Shown here: positions 1 through 10,801 of the stretch, piece after piece | How the letters are laid out: the number at the start of each line of letters is the position of its first letter | How positions within the stretch are numbered: the first letter of the stretch is position 1 | Assembly (NCBI GenBank): GCA_964019425.1 | Contig: OZ025803.1 | Location: 124,001 to 188,000 of the forward strand | Reading direction: 5' to 3' | Length of the DNA stretch: 64,000 bases | Source of the DNA: Flectonema sp. DT1601 | Taxonomy: Eukaryota | Program-made: the position numbers and the translations under genes | Notes under the pieces: model-generated | Databases searched by the model: none | Told to the model about the DNA's origin: nothing | Seen by the model: only the letters and a program-made list of their open reading frames with translations

Positions 1-148
1 GATTTAAAAAAAAAAAAAAAAAAAAAAATGAATAAACAATGTTATCATTGTTTTTTTTTCTATCGATCGACTATGTCGATTAATTTCTATTTTCCGTCCT
101 GATCGAGACGCTAAACTGATTGTTTCCTTTTTTTAAATAATAAATAAG

Positions 149-181
<33 letters not shown>

Positions 182-303
182 ATCTCCCTGCTATCCCTCA
201 TATCCCCACAATAATATTATACCTTTTCATTTTCTCTTTCCTTTTCTGGTCTTTTTTTCTTTTCTTTTTTTCCTTTTTCATACAACGTTTTTTATTTATA
301 TAT

Positions 304-3223
304 TAGTCATTCCAAAAATAACCGGCCGCGAAAACCAGTTTTGCTTCGAGCAGCCGTTGGTCAAAAATGCATCCATTTTCGAGATTTTTTTACGAGGTGG
401 AAAGGTTCGGCCCCAATCTCTCATTTTACGCGGTGGGATTATTTTTTTTTCACTTTTTTTACTGACCGTTGGAACCCGACAGGTGCGTTATGGGTACTAA
501 GAGAATGTCACTGCCGGCACGGAAAAGTTAATCCTGTTGCTGCATTTAATTTTTTTCTGGAAAAAAAAGGGAAATGCATCAGAGATTGGCATTTTTTCTC
601 GTAACTACACTTATTATTCCCTTCAGCACCAGCTTAAACTTCTCTCAATGAAGTGTCACACGTGCCACGAGATGCCAGCTGAGTATGTCGTCGCGGATTT
701 GCCAGGACCGGTAATGAGGACGCTAGATCGGAGTGGGACAAAAGGCAACATCTGCATCGCATGCCTCCGGAAATACAAACACTTCGGGAATACAAGAACC
801 GACAAGGCGTGCTCCTCAGACAACTACAACTGCACCTCGCACACTAACGCGAAAAGACGGAATCCGAAGTTCAACAAGCTTCTTGAGCCACCCTGCCGTG
901 ACTTCGCGGTAGTCTTGAAATCCCCGGCGTATGCTCCTCTGCGCTCAATCTGCAACGCTTGCTACCAGCGAGCAAAAAGGCTGACTAGTGATCCGCATTA
1001 CGCATCCGTCAGTATCCCTGCAGAGCCGATCAATCCGGAACCGCTCTCAGATATTTTTGAACGTGTGAAAGAATCAGTTCCTGCTGTCCGTTCTCAGTTT
1101 TTGAGACTCTGTCTCACGCTAGGCTACACTGATAGCCAGATTAATGCCCATGTCAGGGATTCTTCAATGCGTAAGCAGCTACAGAGGCTGGAACAGCACG
1201 ATCCCTCCCAATCAGTAAAGCAGCGCAGCCAAGACAGAGATATCTGGAACTTCTGGATTTCCAATGCACGCCCTGAGTCAAACCGCGTGGTCCTCAGCAA
1301 AGACTACATAACCGGCGAGACAAGTAAAGAGACAGTCCTCTATGTAAGAGAACCATACCTTGCCTTGTGGAGTGCCTTCTGCAGAACTCACGCAGCTATC
1401 TCATATGCTCAGTTTTGTGACAAAAGGCCTGCTCATGTCAAATCTTGTCCGAATAACCCTCGATGCCGTTGCAGGTGGCACATGCAAATTGCACTTATCC
1501 TTCCTGCTTATATAAGACTTGTGGGCCTGAGAAGATTTCAGCTAACCCGCTTGAGTGACCTACCACTCATACTATGTCGAGACCCGTCTTACAACTGCTT
1601 CTTTGGCCACTGCAACCAATGCAGGCCGTTGAACTTATTCTATCCCAAGGCGTTAAAATCCTGTGGATCAAAAATAGTTGAATACCAGACGTTAGGAAAC
1701 GTTAAAATTGAAAGGGCGCAGGTTATGAGACCTACATATCGCGAGGTTGCGCTGAAGCAATTTGTAGATGTGTTTCACACAGAGGTCTCGAAGTATTTGA
1801 AACACCACCACGCTCATCTTACATGTGTTGCAGCTAGGCAACAATTAACTTCTCACATTGGGGAGCACGACTGCGTACTGTACCTCGACTATGCTGCGAA
1901 GTATGTGCACGAGGTTTTCGAGCAGCTTCAAACGGACAACTATAATAAGTCCAAAACTTCGATATTTGTGGCGATGATCGGAACGCGTAAAAATGGCCAA
2001 CCCTTAAAGTTCACTACGAAGTACTACATCTCACCGGATCTCAGTCAACGGCACTTTAATGTAATTACAATACTCGACCATATCGTCCATGAACTTGACG
2101 TCTCCCGTATTCACATATTTTCTGATGGCGCTAATCATTTCAAAGAAGCTCATCTAATTGGGTGGATACTCAGATCCAGTCTAGAGGTTGTCTGGAATTT
2201 CTTCCCTACCGGACACGGACACGGCATGTGGGACAGTGAAGGATTTCAAATAAAACGTTTCGCTACGGAGGTAATGAGAAATACGATGCCATACGACATG
2301 GAACATAAGATTCAAGATGCTGCATCGCTTTTGAACTATGCCAAAAAACATATGCCACCACCGAACCCGACCTCTAACATACGAAGTCGAGAGTTTCACT
2401 ACGTGCCGGACATCCAGAAATCCGAGTGTACAACGACAGTTCGTATAAAGGACATCCGCAGCAGCATATTCTGCTTTAGCTCTCTGGGTCAGAGGGGCAC
2501 TGTTGGACACCGGCCGTTGTCCTGCTACTGCAAACACTGCATTGTCGGAAACTTTGAAAATTGCGTTGTACCTGGTGCTGGCTGCTTTGTACCGATTGAT
2601 GAAGATGATCCAAATGTGGGGGTTGGTGCGAGCCAACTTTCACCTGCTACCAACACTGAGAGTGAGTCTATTTCAGAAACAACTGAACTCACCTCAGATT
2701 CTGGTGAGTCTTCTACTGGCTCTTACTCTGTTAGTGAATCTAGTTCTAGTTCCAGTTTCAGCTCGCTGCGTTCAACTAGTTCTATTATCTGTGCAGTGCC
2801 GGTAGGAAAACGAAGAAAGCCAGCAGTAAAAGTTGCCAAAAGAGCTAAGCCTAATCAAAAATAAAAATAGGCTAAGTGTAGTGTAAGATGTACAAGGTAC
2901 TGTTTTGCTTCGAGCAGCCTTTGTAACTGTTTCAGAGTAAAACATCCGACCAGGTACGGCCGGATATAGAACCATATACCGATCTTTCATTTTAGCACCC
3001 GGGGCAGCCGATTAGACATCAACAGTTCCATTATTCAAAATTTTCACCACACAAAAATGTCACAATTTTTTTGAATTTCAGCTGCATTTTTTTGAATCGC
3101 AGCGGGAATGAAATCAGCGGTGCAAAAGCGATTAAAATGGGTATTCGGTTTTAAGTTTTACTCCCTATTTTCACCCATGAAATACTGGAACCCTAAAATG
3201 GACGGTTATTTTTGGAATGACTA
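304..3223 (+). mobile_element. Cut-and-paste DNA transposon with 21-bp TIRs, inserted in an (AT)n site
   Basis: TAGTCATTCCAAAAATAACCG (304-324) has a perfect reverse complement at 3203-3223. ATAT flanks both sides; TSD length is ambiguous (TA/TATA/ATAT). XY sequence resumes seamlessly on both sides. Confidence 0.92.
648..2864 (+). CDS. Intact DD[D/E] transposase (Sola-like or related; family uncertain) with Cys-rich zinc-binding motifs
   Basis: Uninterrupted ORF between TIRs; first ATG at 648. Candidate catalytic motifs LYLDYAAKY, HIFSDGANHFK and WNFFPTGHGHGMWDSEG. CxCxxH, CFFGHCNQC and C-terminal SCYCKHC...C motifs; basic NLS-like tail. Confidence 0.85.
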   Translation: MKCHTCHEMPAEYVVADLPGPVMRTLDRSGTKGNICIACLRKYKHFGNTRTDKACSSDNYNCTSHTNAKRRNPKFNKLLEPPCRDFAVVLKSPAYAPLRSICNACYQRAKRLTSDPHYASVSIPAEPINPEPLSDIFERVKESVPAVRSQFLRLCLTLGYTDSQINAHVRDSSMRKQLQRLEQHDPSQSVKQRSQDRDIWNFWISNARPESNRVVLSKDYITGETSKETVLYVREPYLALWSAFCRTHAAISYAQFCDKRPAHVKSCPNNPRCRCRWHMQIALILPAYIRLVGLRRFQLTRLSDLPLILCRDPSYNCFFGHCNQCRPLNLFYPKALKSCGSKIVEYQTLGNVKIERAQVMRPTYREVALKQFVDVFHTEVSKYLKHHHAHLTCVAARQQLTSHIGEHDCVLYLDYAAKYVHEVFEQLQTDNYNKSKTSIFVAMIGTRKNGQPLKFTTKYYISPDLSQRHFNVITILDHIVHELDVSRIHIFSDGANHFKEAHLIGWILRSSLEVVWNFFPTGHGHGMWDSEGFQIKRFATEVMRNTMPYDMEHKIQDAASLLNYAKKHMPPPNPTSNIRSREFHYVPDIQKSECTTTVRIKDIRSSIFCFSSLGQRGTVGHRPLSCYCKHCIVGNFENCVVPGAGCFVPIDEDDPNVGVGASQLSPATNTESESISETTELTSDSGESSTGSYSVSESSSSSSFSSLRSTSSIICAVPVGKRRKPAVKVAKRAKPNQK

Positions 3224-3282
3224 ATATATTTTTTTTTTTTTTTTTTTTCATGTTTGATTATTTCCTCTTCATTTTTTTTCTC

Positions 3283-3314
<32 letters not shown>

Positions 3315-3506
3315 CTCTGCCTCTCTCTTAATTCTGTTCGTTTCTTTGAAACGAAAATTCATTTGAATATTATTCCTTGGTCAGCAACCATCATTGTCGC
3401 CCTTTGGGCCTGTTAAAAAAAAATAAAAATAAAAAGAAAGTTTACATCGGGAATAGGGCAGGAGCCAAAAGCTCCCAGTCCGTTACTTCCCACTTTATCG
3501 AAATTC

Positions 3507-4209
3507 TTTTTTTTTTTTTTTCTCTTATTTCTTTTTTTCTTTTTCTTTTACTCTAATATGAAATATTTTTGAACAAAATGTGATTATTAATTTAAAAAAA
3601 AAAAAAAATAATAATAATGTAAATGAATAATAAAAAAAAAAAAAAAAACATGCCTTGGGAATACAATCAAAGCCCCAATTAATCGGTCCTTTCTTTTTCC
3701 TTCTTGTCAAGTGATCGCTCCACTCGTCGATCACCAAAACCGATTGTATTTATATCTGTTCTTTTCTCAACGATCGGCTATACCGACCATTTTTTTCTTT
3801 TTTTTATAAATAATTGTTTTCTTCTTCTCGACGATCAGATCCAATTGATCGACCTTTTTTTTTTTTTTTCCTTTATTCCTTCCATCCCTCCCGCTCCCCT
3901 AATTTTAAATAAAAACAAGATCAGCTCAGCTTGATCGTTAATCTTTTTTTCTTTTTTTAATTTAAACTGATTGTATTTATATCTGTTTATTTTTCTCAAC
4001 GATCGGCTATACCGATCAACCTTTAAAATAATTTCTTCTTCTCGACGATCAGATCCAATTGATCAACCTTTTCTTTTTTTTTCCTCTATTCCTTCCATCC
4101 CTCCCGCTCCCCTATTTGTAATAAAAACAAGATCAGCTCAGCTTGATCGTTAATTTTTTTTCTTTCTTTTTTGTTGGTCCTAGTCAAGACCTTAAACTGA
4201 CTAACCGGT
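3507..4209 (+). mobile_element. 5' segment (Y) of the next tandem XY unit, with two ~227-bp repeats
   Basis: Near-identical reverse complement of 8822-9516. GATTGTATTTATATCTG recurs at ~3742 and ~3969. Its continuation (TTAATTTTAAATAAGTG) reappears at 9648. Confidence 0.8.
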
Positions 4210-4606
4210 GAATTTCGATAAGTGGGAAGTAACGGACTGGGAGCTTTTGGCTCCTGCCCTATTCCCGATGTAAACTTTCTTTTTATTTTTATTTTTTTTT
4301 TTAACAGGCCCAAAGGGCGACAATGATGGTTGCTGACCAAGGAATAATATTCAAATGAATTTTCGTTTCAAAGAAACGAACAGAATTGAGAGAGAGGCAG
4401 AGAAAAAAAAAAAAAAAAAAAGAAAGAATAGAAAAAAAAAAAAAATATGAAGAGGAAATAATCAAACATGAAAAAAAAAAAAAAATAAATAAATAAATAA
4501 AAAACGTTGTATGAAAAAGGAAAAAAAGAAAAAAAAAGACCAGAAAAGGAAAGAGAAAATGAAAAGGTATAATATTATTGTGGGGATATGAGGATAGCAG
4601 GGAGAT

Positions 4607-4643
<37 letters not shown>

Positions 4644-4659
4644 TATTTAAAAAAAAGGA

Positions 4660-4751
4660 AACAATCAGTTTAGCGTCTCGATCAGGACGGAAAATAGAAA
4701 TTAATCGACATAGTCGATCGATAGAAAAAAAACAATGATAACATTGTTTAT

Positions 4752-4784
<33 letters not shown>

Positions 4785-5043
4785 CTTTTAATTATTTTAA
4801 AGAAAAAACAATCAGTTTAGCGTCTTGACCAGGACGGAAAATAGAAAGTAATCGACATAGTCGATCGATAAAAAAAAAAACAATGATAACATTGTTTATT
4901 CCTTTTTTTTTTTTTTTTTTTTTTTTTGTTCTTTTCATTTATTTTTAAAGAAAAAACAATCAGTTTAGCGTCCTGACCAGGACGGAAAATTGAAAGTGAT
5001 CGACATAGTCGATCGATAAAAAAACAATGATAACATTGATTAA

Positions 5044-5074
<31 letters not shown>

Positions 5075-6010
5075 CCTTTTAATTATTTTTTAAAGAAAAA
5101 ACAATCAGTTTAGCGTCTTGACCAGGACGGAAAATAGAAAGTGATCGACATAGTCGATCGATAAAAAACAATGATAACATTGTTTATTCTTTTTTTTTTT
5201 TTTTTTTTTTTTTTTAATCCTTTTTATTATTTTAAAGAAAAAACAATCAGTTTAGCGTCTTGACCAGGACGGAAAATAGAAAGTGATCGACATAGTCGAT
5301 CGATAAAAAAACAATGATAACATTGTTTATTCTTTTTTTTTTTTTTTTTTTTTAAATTCTTTTTATTTATTTTTAAAGAAAAAAAAACGGAAAATAAAAA
5401 TTAGTCGACAAAGTCGAACGATAAAAAAAAAACAATGATAACATTGTTTATTCTTTTTGTTTTTGTTTTTTTTTTATATTCTTTTTTATTAGTTTTGAAA
5501 AAAAAACAATCAGTTTAGCGTCTTGACCGGGACGGAAAATAGAAAGTAATCGACATAGTCGATCGATGAAAAAAAAACAATGATAACATTGTTTATTCTT
5601 TTTTTTTTTTTTTTTTTTAAATTCTTTTTATTTATTTTTTAAAAAGAAAAAAAAACGGAAAATAGAAATTAGTCAACAAAATCGAACAATAAAAAAAAAA
5701 AAACAATGATAACATTGTTTATTCTTTTTTTTTTATTTTTTTTTTTTTTATTCTTTTTTATTAATTTTGAAAAAAAAAACAATCAGTTTAGCGTCTTGAC
5801 CAGGACGGAAAATAGAAAGTGATCGACATAGTCGATCGATAAAAAAAAACAATGATAACATTGTTTATTCTTTTTTTTTTATTTTTTTTTGTATTCTTTT
5901 TTATTAATTTTGAAAAAAAACAATCAGTTTAGCGTCTTGACCAGGACGGAAAATAGAAAGTGATCGACATAGTCGATCGATAAAAAAAAACAATGATAAC
6001 ATTGTTTATT

Positions 6011-6044
<34 letters not shown>

Positions 6045-6156
6045 CTTTTTATTATTTTTAAAGAAAAAACAATCAGTTTAGCGTCTTGACCAGGACGAAA
6101 AATAGAAAGTGATCGACATAGTCGATCGATAAAAAAACAATGATAACATTGTTTAT

Positions 6157-6189
<33 letters not shown>

Positions 6190-8215
6190 CTTCTTATTAT
6201 TTTTTAAAGAAAAAACAATCAGTTTAGCGTCTTGACCAGGACGGAAAATAGAAAGTAATCGACATAGTCGATCGATAAAATAAAAACAATGATAACATTG
6301 TTTATTCCTTTTTTCTTTTTTTTTTTTATTCTTTTTATTTATTTTTAAAGAAAAAACAATCAGTTTAGCGTCCTGACCAGGACGAAAAATAGAAAGTGAT
6401 CGACATAGTCGATCGATAAAAAAACAATGATAACATTGTTTATTCTTTTTTTTTTGTTTTTTTTTTTTTTATTCTTTTTATTTATTTTTTAAAGAAAAAA
6501 CAATCAGTTTAGCGTCTTGACCAGGACAGAAAATAGAAATTAGTCGACAAAGTCAATCGATAACAAAACAATGATAACATTGTTTATTCTTTTTTTTTTT
6601 TTTTTTTTTTTTATTCATTTTATTTATTTTTTAAAGAAAAAACAATCAGTTTAGCGTCCTGACCAGGACAGAAAATAGAAAGTAATCGACATAGTCGATC
6701 GATAAAAAAAAACAATGATAACATTGTTTAATCTTTTTTTTTTTTTTTTTTTTTTTTATTCTTTTTATTTATTTAGAAAAAACAATCAGTTTAGCGTCTT
6801 GACCGGGACGGAAAATAGAAATTAGTCGACAAAGTCGATCGATAAAAAAACAATGATAACATTGTTTATTCTTTTTTTTTTTTTTTTTTTTAAATTCTTT
6901 TTATTTATTTTTTAAGAAAAAAAACGGAAAATAGAAATTAGTCGACAAAGTCGAACGATAAAAAAACAATGATAACATTGTTTATTCTTTTTTTTATTTT
7001 TTTTTTTTATAATCTTTTTTATTAATTTTGAGAAAAAAAAAAAACAATCAGTTTAGCGTCTTGACCAGGACGGAAAATAGAAAGTAATCGACATAGTCGA
7101 TCGATAAAAAAACAATGATAACATTGTTTATTCTTTTTTTTATTTTTTTTTTTTTATAATCTTTTTTATTAATTTTGAAAAAAAAAAACAATCAGTTTAG
7201 CGTCCTGACCAGGACGGAAAATAGAAATTAGTCGACAAAGTCGAACGATAAAAAAACAATGATAACATTGTTTATTCTTTTTTTTATTTTTTTTTTTTTA
7301 TAATCTTTTTTATTAATTTTGAAAAAAAAAAACAATCAGTTTAGCGTCCTGACCAGGACGGAAAATAGAAATTAGTCGACAAAGTCGATCGATAAAAAAA
7401 CAATGATAACATTGTTTATTCTTTTTTTTTTTTTTTTTTTAAATTCTTTTTATTTATTTTTTAAGAGAAAAAACGGAAAATAGAATTTAGTCGACAAAGT
7501 CGAACGATAAAAAAACAATGATAACATTGTTTATTCTTTTTTTTATTTTTTTTTTTTATATTCTTTTTTATTAATTTTGAAAAAAAAAAAAAAAAACAAT
7601 CAGTTTAGCGTCTTGACCAGGACGGAAAATAGAAAGTAATCGACATAGTCGATCGATAAAAAAACAATGATAACATTGTTTATTCTTTTTTTTTTTTTTT
7701 TTTTTAAATTCTTTTTATTTATTTTTTAAGAAAAAAAAAACGGAAAATAGAAATTAGTCGACAAAGTCGAACGATAAGAAAACAATGATAACATTGTTTA
7801 TTCTTTTTTTTATTTTTTTTTTTTTATATTCTTTTTTATTAATTTTGAAAAAAAAAAAAACAATCAGTTTAGCGTCTTGACCAGGACGGAAAATAGAAAG
7901 TAATCGACATAGTCGATCGATAAAAAAACAATGATAACATTGTTTATTCTTTTTTTTTTTTTTTTTTTTTAAATTCTTTTTATTTACTTTTTAAGAAAAA
8001 ACGGAAAATAGAAATTAGTCGACAAAGTCGAACGATAAAAAAACAATGATAACATTGTTTATTCTTTTTTTTATTTTTTTTTTTTTATATTCTTTTTTAT
8101 TAATTTTGGAAAAAAAAAAAAAAAACAATCAGTTTAGCGTCTTGACCAGGACGGAAAATAGAAAGTAATCGACATAGTCGATCGATAAAAATACAATGAT
8201 AACATTGTTTAATCT
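4660..8215 (-). repeat. Tandem array of ~110-145-bp hairpin-rich units (roughly 25-30 copies)
   Basis: Unit CAATCAGTTTAGCGTCTTGACCAGGACGGAAAATAGAAAGTAATCGACATAGTCGATCGAT-An-CAATGATAACATTGTTTATTC-Tn. Confidence 0.97.
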
Positions 8216-8456
8216 TTTATAATTTTTTATTTTTTTTTTTGTTTTAAAAAAAAAAAAAAACAAGCGGAATTGATCATAATGGGTGGTAGGGGTTGTTATA
8301 ACTTCGTTTGAAAATTCTTCTTTTTTGATTTCTTTTTTTTTTTTTCTTTTTACAGGAGTTAAGATCACTGTCAGGAGACAACACATTAACAAGAGCAGCA
8401 AGCAGAGTTGACACTATCAATTCAAATTTGAAATACCGGGAATTAATTTACAAGGA

Positions 8457-8551
8457 GGTATCTCAAGTGACTTGGTATCTCTAGCGTGTCGGTATCTCTG
8501 GAGTGCTGGTATCTCGTATGTGCGTTGGTATCTCATGAGTGATGGTATCTC
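8457..8551 (-). repeat. Six GAGATACC boxes at 17-19-bp period
   Basis: GGTATCTC x6; second copy on the + strand at 16199-16293. Confidence 0.9.
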
Positions 8552-9958
8552 TTGTGCATTTAGAGAAACGAAAAAGAATGTCATGACCATGACGGAAGAA
8601 TTGAGGAATTGAGTTAACATGTTCTATTTAACTTATTTAAACTTTTTTTTTTTTTTAACAGACCGTAACTATTTGAAAATAAAATGTAGATGGGAAACAG
8701 TGAAAAGTAAAATGGATGATAAAATTAAATGAGAAATATGACATAACAGACCAGATAGAGAGTATTAAAAGGAAATTGAAAAGGAAAAGAGAAACTAGGT
8801 TAACACTTATTTAAAATTAAGACCGGTTAGTCAGTTTAAGGTCTTGACTAGGACCAACAAAAAAGAAAGAAAAAAAATTAACGATCAAGCTGAGCTGATC
8901 TTGTTTTTATTACAAATAGGGGAGCGGGAGGGATGGAAGGAATAGAGGAAAAAAAAAGAAAAGGTTGATCAATTGGATCTGATCGTCGAGAAGAAGAAAT
9001 TATTTTAAAGGTTGATCGGTATAGCCGATCGTTGAGAAAAATAAACAGATATAAATACAATCAGTTTAAATTAAAAAAAGAAAAAAAGATTAACGATCAA
9101 GCTGAGCTGATCTTGTTTTTATTTAAAATTAGGGGAGCGGGAGGGATGGAAGGAATAAAGGAAAAAAAAAAAAAAGGTCGATCAATTGGAACTGATCGTC
9201 GAGAAGAAGAAAACAATTATTTATAAAAAAAAAAATGGTCGGTATAGCCGATCGTTGAGAAAAGAACAGATATAAATACAATCGGTTTTGGTGATCGTCG
9301 AGTGGAGCGATCACTTGACAAGAAGGAAAAAGAAAGGACCGATTAATTGGGGCTTTGATTGTATTCCCAAGGCATGTTTTTTTTTTTTTTTTATTCATTT
9401 ACATTATTATTTTTTTTTTTTTTTTTAAATTAATAATCACATTTTGTTCAAAAATATTTCATATTAGAGTAAAAGAAAAAGAAAAAAAGAAATAAGAGAA
9501 AAAAAAAAAAAAAAAACCATTGCTGGCCCCCTCACCACTCATAGAGGATGAGGAGGCCAGTAAGGCGTCACTCAAATCTATGCCAAGCCTTGGGAACTTG
9601 GATTGGGGTTTAGACCATTTATAATTAACAATTAACAATTAACCTGATTAATTTTAAATAAGTGTTAACCTAGTTTCTCTTTTCCTTTTCAATTTCCCTT
9701 TAATACTCTCTATCTGGTCTGTTATGTCATATTTCTCATTTAATTTTATCATCCATTTTACTTTTCACTGTTTCCCATCTACATTTTATTTTCAAATAGT
9801 TACGGTCTGTTAAAAAAAAATAAAAAAATAAAAAAGGGCAAACTAGTGTTTACTACACAAATAGTTTCAGAACTAACCATTCATTACAAAATCCAAAATG
9901 GCTGTAGGGGCCAAAAATTATATACGGGATGCATCGAGACCACCACCTGTCTTTAAGA

Positions 9959-10029
9959 GCGGGTGTGGTTCAGCGGAGGGAGGTCTGACTTTGGACGCCC
10001 GATGCCCAGGCTCAATTCCGACTGACGTC
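9959..10029 (+). other. Degenerate tRNA-like sequence followed by a T-run
   Basis: A-box-like TGGTTCAGCGG and B-box-like GGCTCAATTCC within ~71 nt, then poly-T. The acceptor stem does not pair. Confidence 0.45.
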
Positions 10030-10072
10030 TTTTTTTTTTTTTTTTTTTTTTTTTTGTTCCCCCACCCCGAAT

Positions 10073-10680
10073 AGCTGGGAAAAGTGCAGGGGGGGCTTGC
10101 GTTCCGCAAGCCCCCCCTGGAACCCCTAATAAAAGCCAACCTCTCCCGTACAAAGTCCAACCTGAAAAACAAATTTGCTACTAATGGATGATTAAGCTGG
10201 GAAGAGTGCAAGGGGGGGCTTGCGTTCCGCCAAGTTCTTGGCGGAACGCAAGCCCCCCCCCCAACCCCCCCCAAGGGGGGGGAGCCACTAATAAAAGCCA
10301 ACCTCTCCCGTACAAAGTCCAACCTGAAAAACAAATTTGCTACTAATAGATGATTAAGCTGGGAAGAGTGCAAGGGGGGGCTTGCGTTCCGCCAAGTTCT
10401 TGGCGGAACGCAAGCCCCCCCCCCCAACCCCCCCCAAGGGGGGGGAGCCACTAATAAAAGCCAACCTCTCCCGTACAAAGTCTGCCTGTCCCGTACAAAG
10501 TCCAACCTGAAAAACAAATTTGCTACTAATAGATGATTAAGCTGGGAAGAGTGCAAGGGGGGGCTTGCGTTCCGCCAAGTTCTTGGCGGAACGCAAGCCC
10601 CCCCCCCAACCCCCCCCAAGGGGGGGGAGCCACTAATAAAAGCCAACCTCTCCCGTACAAAGTCTGCCTATCCCGTAGAA
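10073..10680. repeat. About four tandem GC-rich palindromic units (~120-165 bp)
   Basis: GGGGGGCTTGCGTTCCGCCAAG-TT-CTTGGCGGAACGCAAGCCCCCC perfect stem, then Cn-AA-Gn. One further unit at ~14830-14978. Confidence 0.92.
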
Positions 10681-10801
10681 AGTACAACTTCAATCCTGAC
10701 CAACATCCTTTTTTTTTCACCCTGAAAAGCTAAGTAAAAAGTCAAGGACAAGTTAGATAAGGATGACACTCAATCAAGGACACTCAAATTAATTAACTAA
10801 A

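Larger units (their letters stand above)
1..3506 (+). mobile_element. 3' part of non-coding element XY (last satellite unit, 3' region, terminal hairpin), interrupted by a DNA transposon
   Basis: Matches 25060-25625 and the reverse complement of 4210-4780. Ends GGGCAGGAGCCAAAAGCTCCCAGTCC...TATCGAAATTC at 3506. Confidence 0.85.
4210..9516 (-). mobile_element. Apparently full-length (~5.3 kb) XY unit inserted in opposite orientation into another XY copy
   Basis: Starts GAATTTCGATAAGTGGG (reverse complement of the XY 3' end). Contains, in reverse, every module seen at 3507-4209 plus 9648-25625 once nested inserts are removed. No credible ORF. Confidence 0.8.

Noticed and set aside
4660..8215. 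CRISPR array
   Set aside because: Spacers are A/T homopolymers rather than unique sequences, units are >100 bp, there are no cas genes and the context is eukaryotic
3525..9398. Short Phe/Lys-rich ORFs here and across the window
   Set aside because: Products of A/T homopolymer tracts in repeats
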